Part shown: in pieces, positions 61,400 through 64,000 of the stretch | Layout: every line of letters starts with the position of its first letter | Numbering within the stretch: the stretch's first letter is position 1 | Source: Raillietiella orientalis | Taxonomy: Eukaryota | Assembly: GCA_036172245.1 (NCBI GenBank) | Contig: JAYWIR010000011.1 | Span: 1,116,001-1,180,000 of the forward strand | Length of the DNA: 64,000 nucleotides | Direction: 5' to 3' | The notes under the pieces: generated by a model | What the model saw: only the letters and a program-made list of their open reading frames with translations | Databases searched by the model: none | Told to the model about the DNA's origin: nothing | Made by a program: the position numbers and the translations under genes

Positions 61400-63400
61400 C
61401 AGGAGAGTCGTCCGAAGGAGGTCCGCTTCCTCTGCCTCCGTTCCGACGAGCAGCACCTCGATCTGCTCGCCGCTCTCGTCACCTTGGCGTTGGAGGGCAG
61501 CAGCATCTCCTTGGAAGCACCTGACTTGTCGGTAAATCCGCGAGCTTCCGGCGGGACGTGCCGCCGGCATCCTCCTGCCGGCCTTGAGAGCGAGTGACCC
61601 GGATAGGACATTTGCGTGATCAGCTCGTGAGAGAGCGCCTACGCGGTATCAATGCGGCGCTTCAGAGTTCCGCACGTGAGATCCACTCATGCCTTGAGGA
61701 CCTCCAGCGCGAAGGGATCATCGACCATTCCCATGATCACGGACTCTTCTCCTCAGGGATGAGGTGGGAGGAAAAGGAAAGATGGGATGAAAACCAGATC
61801 CCAGCTTCCTGCTTCTCTTCTGCAGCAAATGGATCAACCAGGAAGCGACCTCAGGCGAACCAGGAAGTCATTCCTCTCCGCCTGTGGCTCAGAAATCTCC
61901 AGTCATTCCGCGTCTCTGCCGCTTGGAGCGCGGACGACCAAAAGCCTCAGCGCCTCCGAGATGCCCGGAAACTCACATCAGGTCGTGAAGTTACGCCGCC
62001 CGACTTTGCCCGGCGACCTTCTCATTCCTTGGCTGCACCCGCCGCCCACTTCGAGCAGGAGGCACGCCAGGATGCATCGGACTGGAATAAGCTGCATCAG
62101 TCAGCTTCTGTCCGGAAGCACATCAGGATGCGCGCGCTGCCCACTTTGACCGGAAGCTCGTCACGGTGCACTCGACGCCCACTTTGACCGGAAGCACGCC
62201 ACGTGGCATCCGTCAGCTTCAGTCCGGAAGCACATGAGGATACGCGCACCGCCCACTTTGACCGGAAGCACGCTACGCTGCACGCGACGCCCACTTTGAC
62301 CGGAAGCTCGTCACGGTGCACTTGACGCCCACTTTGACCGGAAGCACGCCACGTGGCATCCGTCAGCTTCAGTCCGGAAGCACATCAGGATGTGCTCACC
62401 GCCCACTTTGACCGGAAGCACACCACGCTGCATCCATCAGCTTCAGTCCGGAAGCACATGAGGATACGCGCACCGCCCACTTTGACCGGAAGCACGCTAC
62501 GCTGCACGCGACGCCCACTTTGACCGGAAGCACGCTACGCTGCACGCGACGCCCACTTTGACCGGAAGCTCGTCACGGTGCACTCGACGCCCACTTTGAC
62601 CGGAAGCACGCCACGTGGCATCCGTCAGCTTCAGTCCGGAAGCACATCAGGATGTGCGCACCGCCCACTTTGACCGGAAGCTCGTCACGGTGCACGCGAC
62701 GCCCACTTTGACCGGAAGCACACCACGCTGCATCCATCAGCTTCAGTCCGGAAGCACGTGTAATTCCTTCCGCGGATTGGCTAGGCATCCCACGCTCCGT
62801 GTGAAGGCTGAGCGAAACTAGCTGCAACACCAGCTCCTAGATGCCCTGCCGCCTGATTCACTAGACAGAACGAACGTCCCAGCGTCCACTATCTGAGAGA
62901 CTGTGACCTCAAATCCATCGTTTCACCGATCCACGTACCCCCTATTTAGTTGAGTCCTTCTATTGTTTCCCATTCCAGCCCTGATATGAAGGCCCCTTAC
63001 CGTCGCTTCATCCATCTTGTTTGAAACATCACCCACAGAGACATTTTACCGGGTCTTTTCAGGAGCAGACGACTCCGTAGTTACCCTTGCATTCACGGCA
63101 CCTCTCCAGATGACACTTTTACCATTCGCTCCCCACCAATGAACAGCTTCTTCATCCCATTCATTGAGTCACTCGCTCTTCCTGCTCCCGTCACCTTCCC
63201 AGAGAACTGTTTTTCCAGGACGTCTTCTTTGTTCCCTCTTCCCTCCAGTCGGAACTGTTTTGTGATTCCGATGCATTCGCCTGACTCCTTTTTCTTGGAT
63301 CTCACCCTGCAAGAATGGATCTCTTCGGTTCCACACAAACGGGAAGATCCACGTCACCCCTCGTTCCATCTTGCCGTGTGCTCCACAGCACGCCAGATGC
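61400..63400 (+). mobile_element. Possible decayed Penelope-like retroelement hosting the minisatellite
   Basis: LRDQLVRERLRGINAAL resembles the PLE N-terminal LLRERIRxxN motif. FYRVFSGADDSV...SPPMNSFFI..IESLAL...CFVIPMH resemble PLE RT segments (FYxQxDG, SPxxANxFMxxxE, DDTFVIWxH). Confidence 0.35.
62080..62757. repeat. Variant-monomer minisatellite, 17 monomers of 36-38 bp, each starting CCGGAAGC
   Basis: Five recurring monomer types in the order C-A-B-C-D-A-B-C-E-C-D-D-A-B-C-A-E; degenerate monomers extend back to ~61960. Confidence 0.96.
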
Positions 63401-64000
63401 GTTCAGAGAGGAACCGCGAGGCGTCTCCTGGAGGCAAGGACTGGGTCCTCCGAGGCCTCCGGATGCTCGGAGAAGGGACGACCCATATGCGTCACGATGT
63501 CACCTCCTCCACTCTGGAAGCAGTTCGATTGCAGGGATGCGCACCTCCGCGGTCTGCGGGAATCGTCAGCGGCCATCTCCAGCGGCCTCCGTGGATGCTC
63601 GCTCCCCCACCCGCCTCAAGAACTCCCGTTCCCTGTTCCTTGACGTCCCGGCGACAGCGCGTCGCTGTTGCCGCCACCTCGACGGCCTCTTTTCGTCGAA
63701 ATGCCGAGCGCTGGTGATGGCAGTGGGCGTCCGCCTGGTTTAAGGATTCCGGAGTACCTTGGAGTGAGTCAGAGGCGCCCTATTGTGCGAGAGCACCCCT
63801 AGAAAACTCCCTCGCGTAGGGAGAGTCAAAGAAAAATGCCGTGGTAACTCCCGCTGGCGAAGTGCGCGGTGCCATTTCTGACGGGGGGAAGGGATGAGAG
63901 GGTCCTCCGTTACTGGGTGAAAGGCGAACTGCTAGGAAGGACCATTGCGCTGCGGCCGGATACCAGAGAAACCACCGCCCGCGGGATGGCAGTCGACGCC

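Noticed and set aside
62080..62757. CRISPR-like appearance (constant gcccactttgaccggaagc with variable intervening sequence)
   Set aside because: The intervening sequences recur and are related to each other rather than being unique spacers. There are no cas genes, and the context is eukaryotic.

Overview
Eukaryotic (metazoan, probably arthropod) genomic DNA, GC-rich with many purine/pyrimidine tracts. The window is dominated by one spliced gene on the minus strand: a class C GPCR of the metabotropic glutamate receptor (mGluR) family. I assembled 12 coding exons between 56388 and about 8716-8839. All 11 introns are GT-AG and phase-consistent. The product is about 900 aa: signal peptide, Venus-flytrap domain, 9-Cys cysteine-rich domain and 7TM. 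The start codon and the true C-terminal exon are unresolved. The receptor keeps most glutamate-binding residues, but has Leu at the conserved distal-carboxylate Lys and a Cys-flanked insertion in the flytrap. Introns and flanks hold heavily decayed non-LTR retrotransposon relics, an 18S rRNA fragment, two CCGGAAG-containing minisatellites and several inverted repeats or hairpins, including two pairs that cross each other. Almost all other ORFs in the track are spurious GC-rich or low-complexity frames. I see no CRISPR array or prokaryotic system, and no firm evidence for a wholly new biological system. The best leads are the atypical ligand pocket and the intronic dsRNA-forming structures.
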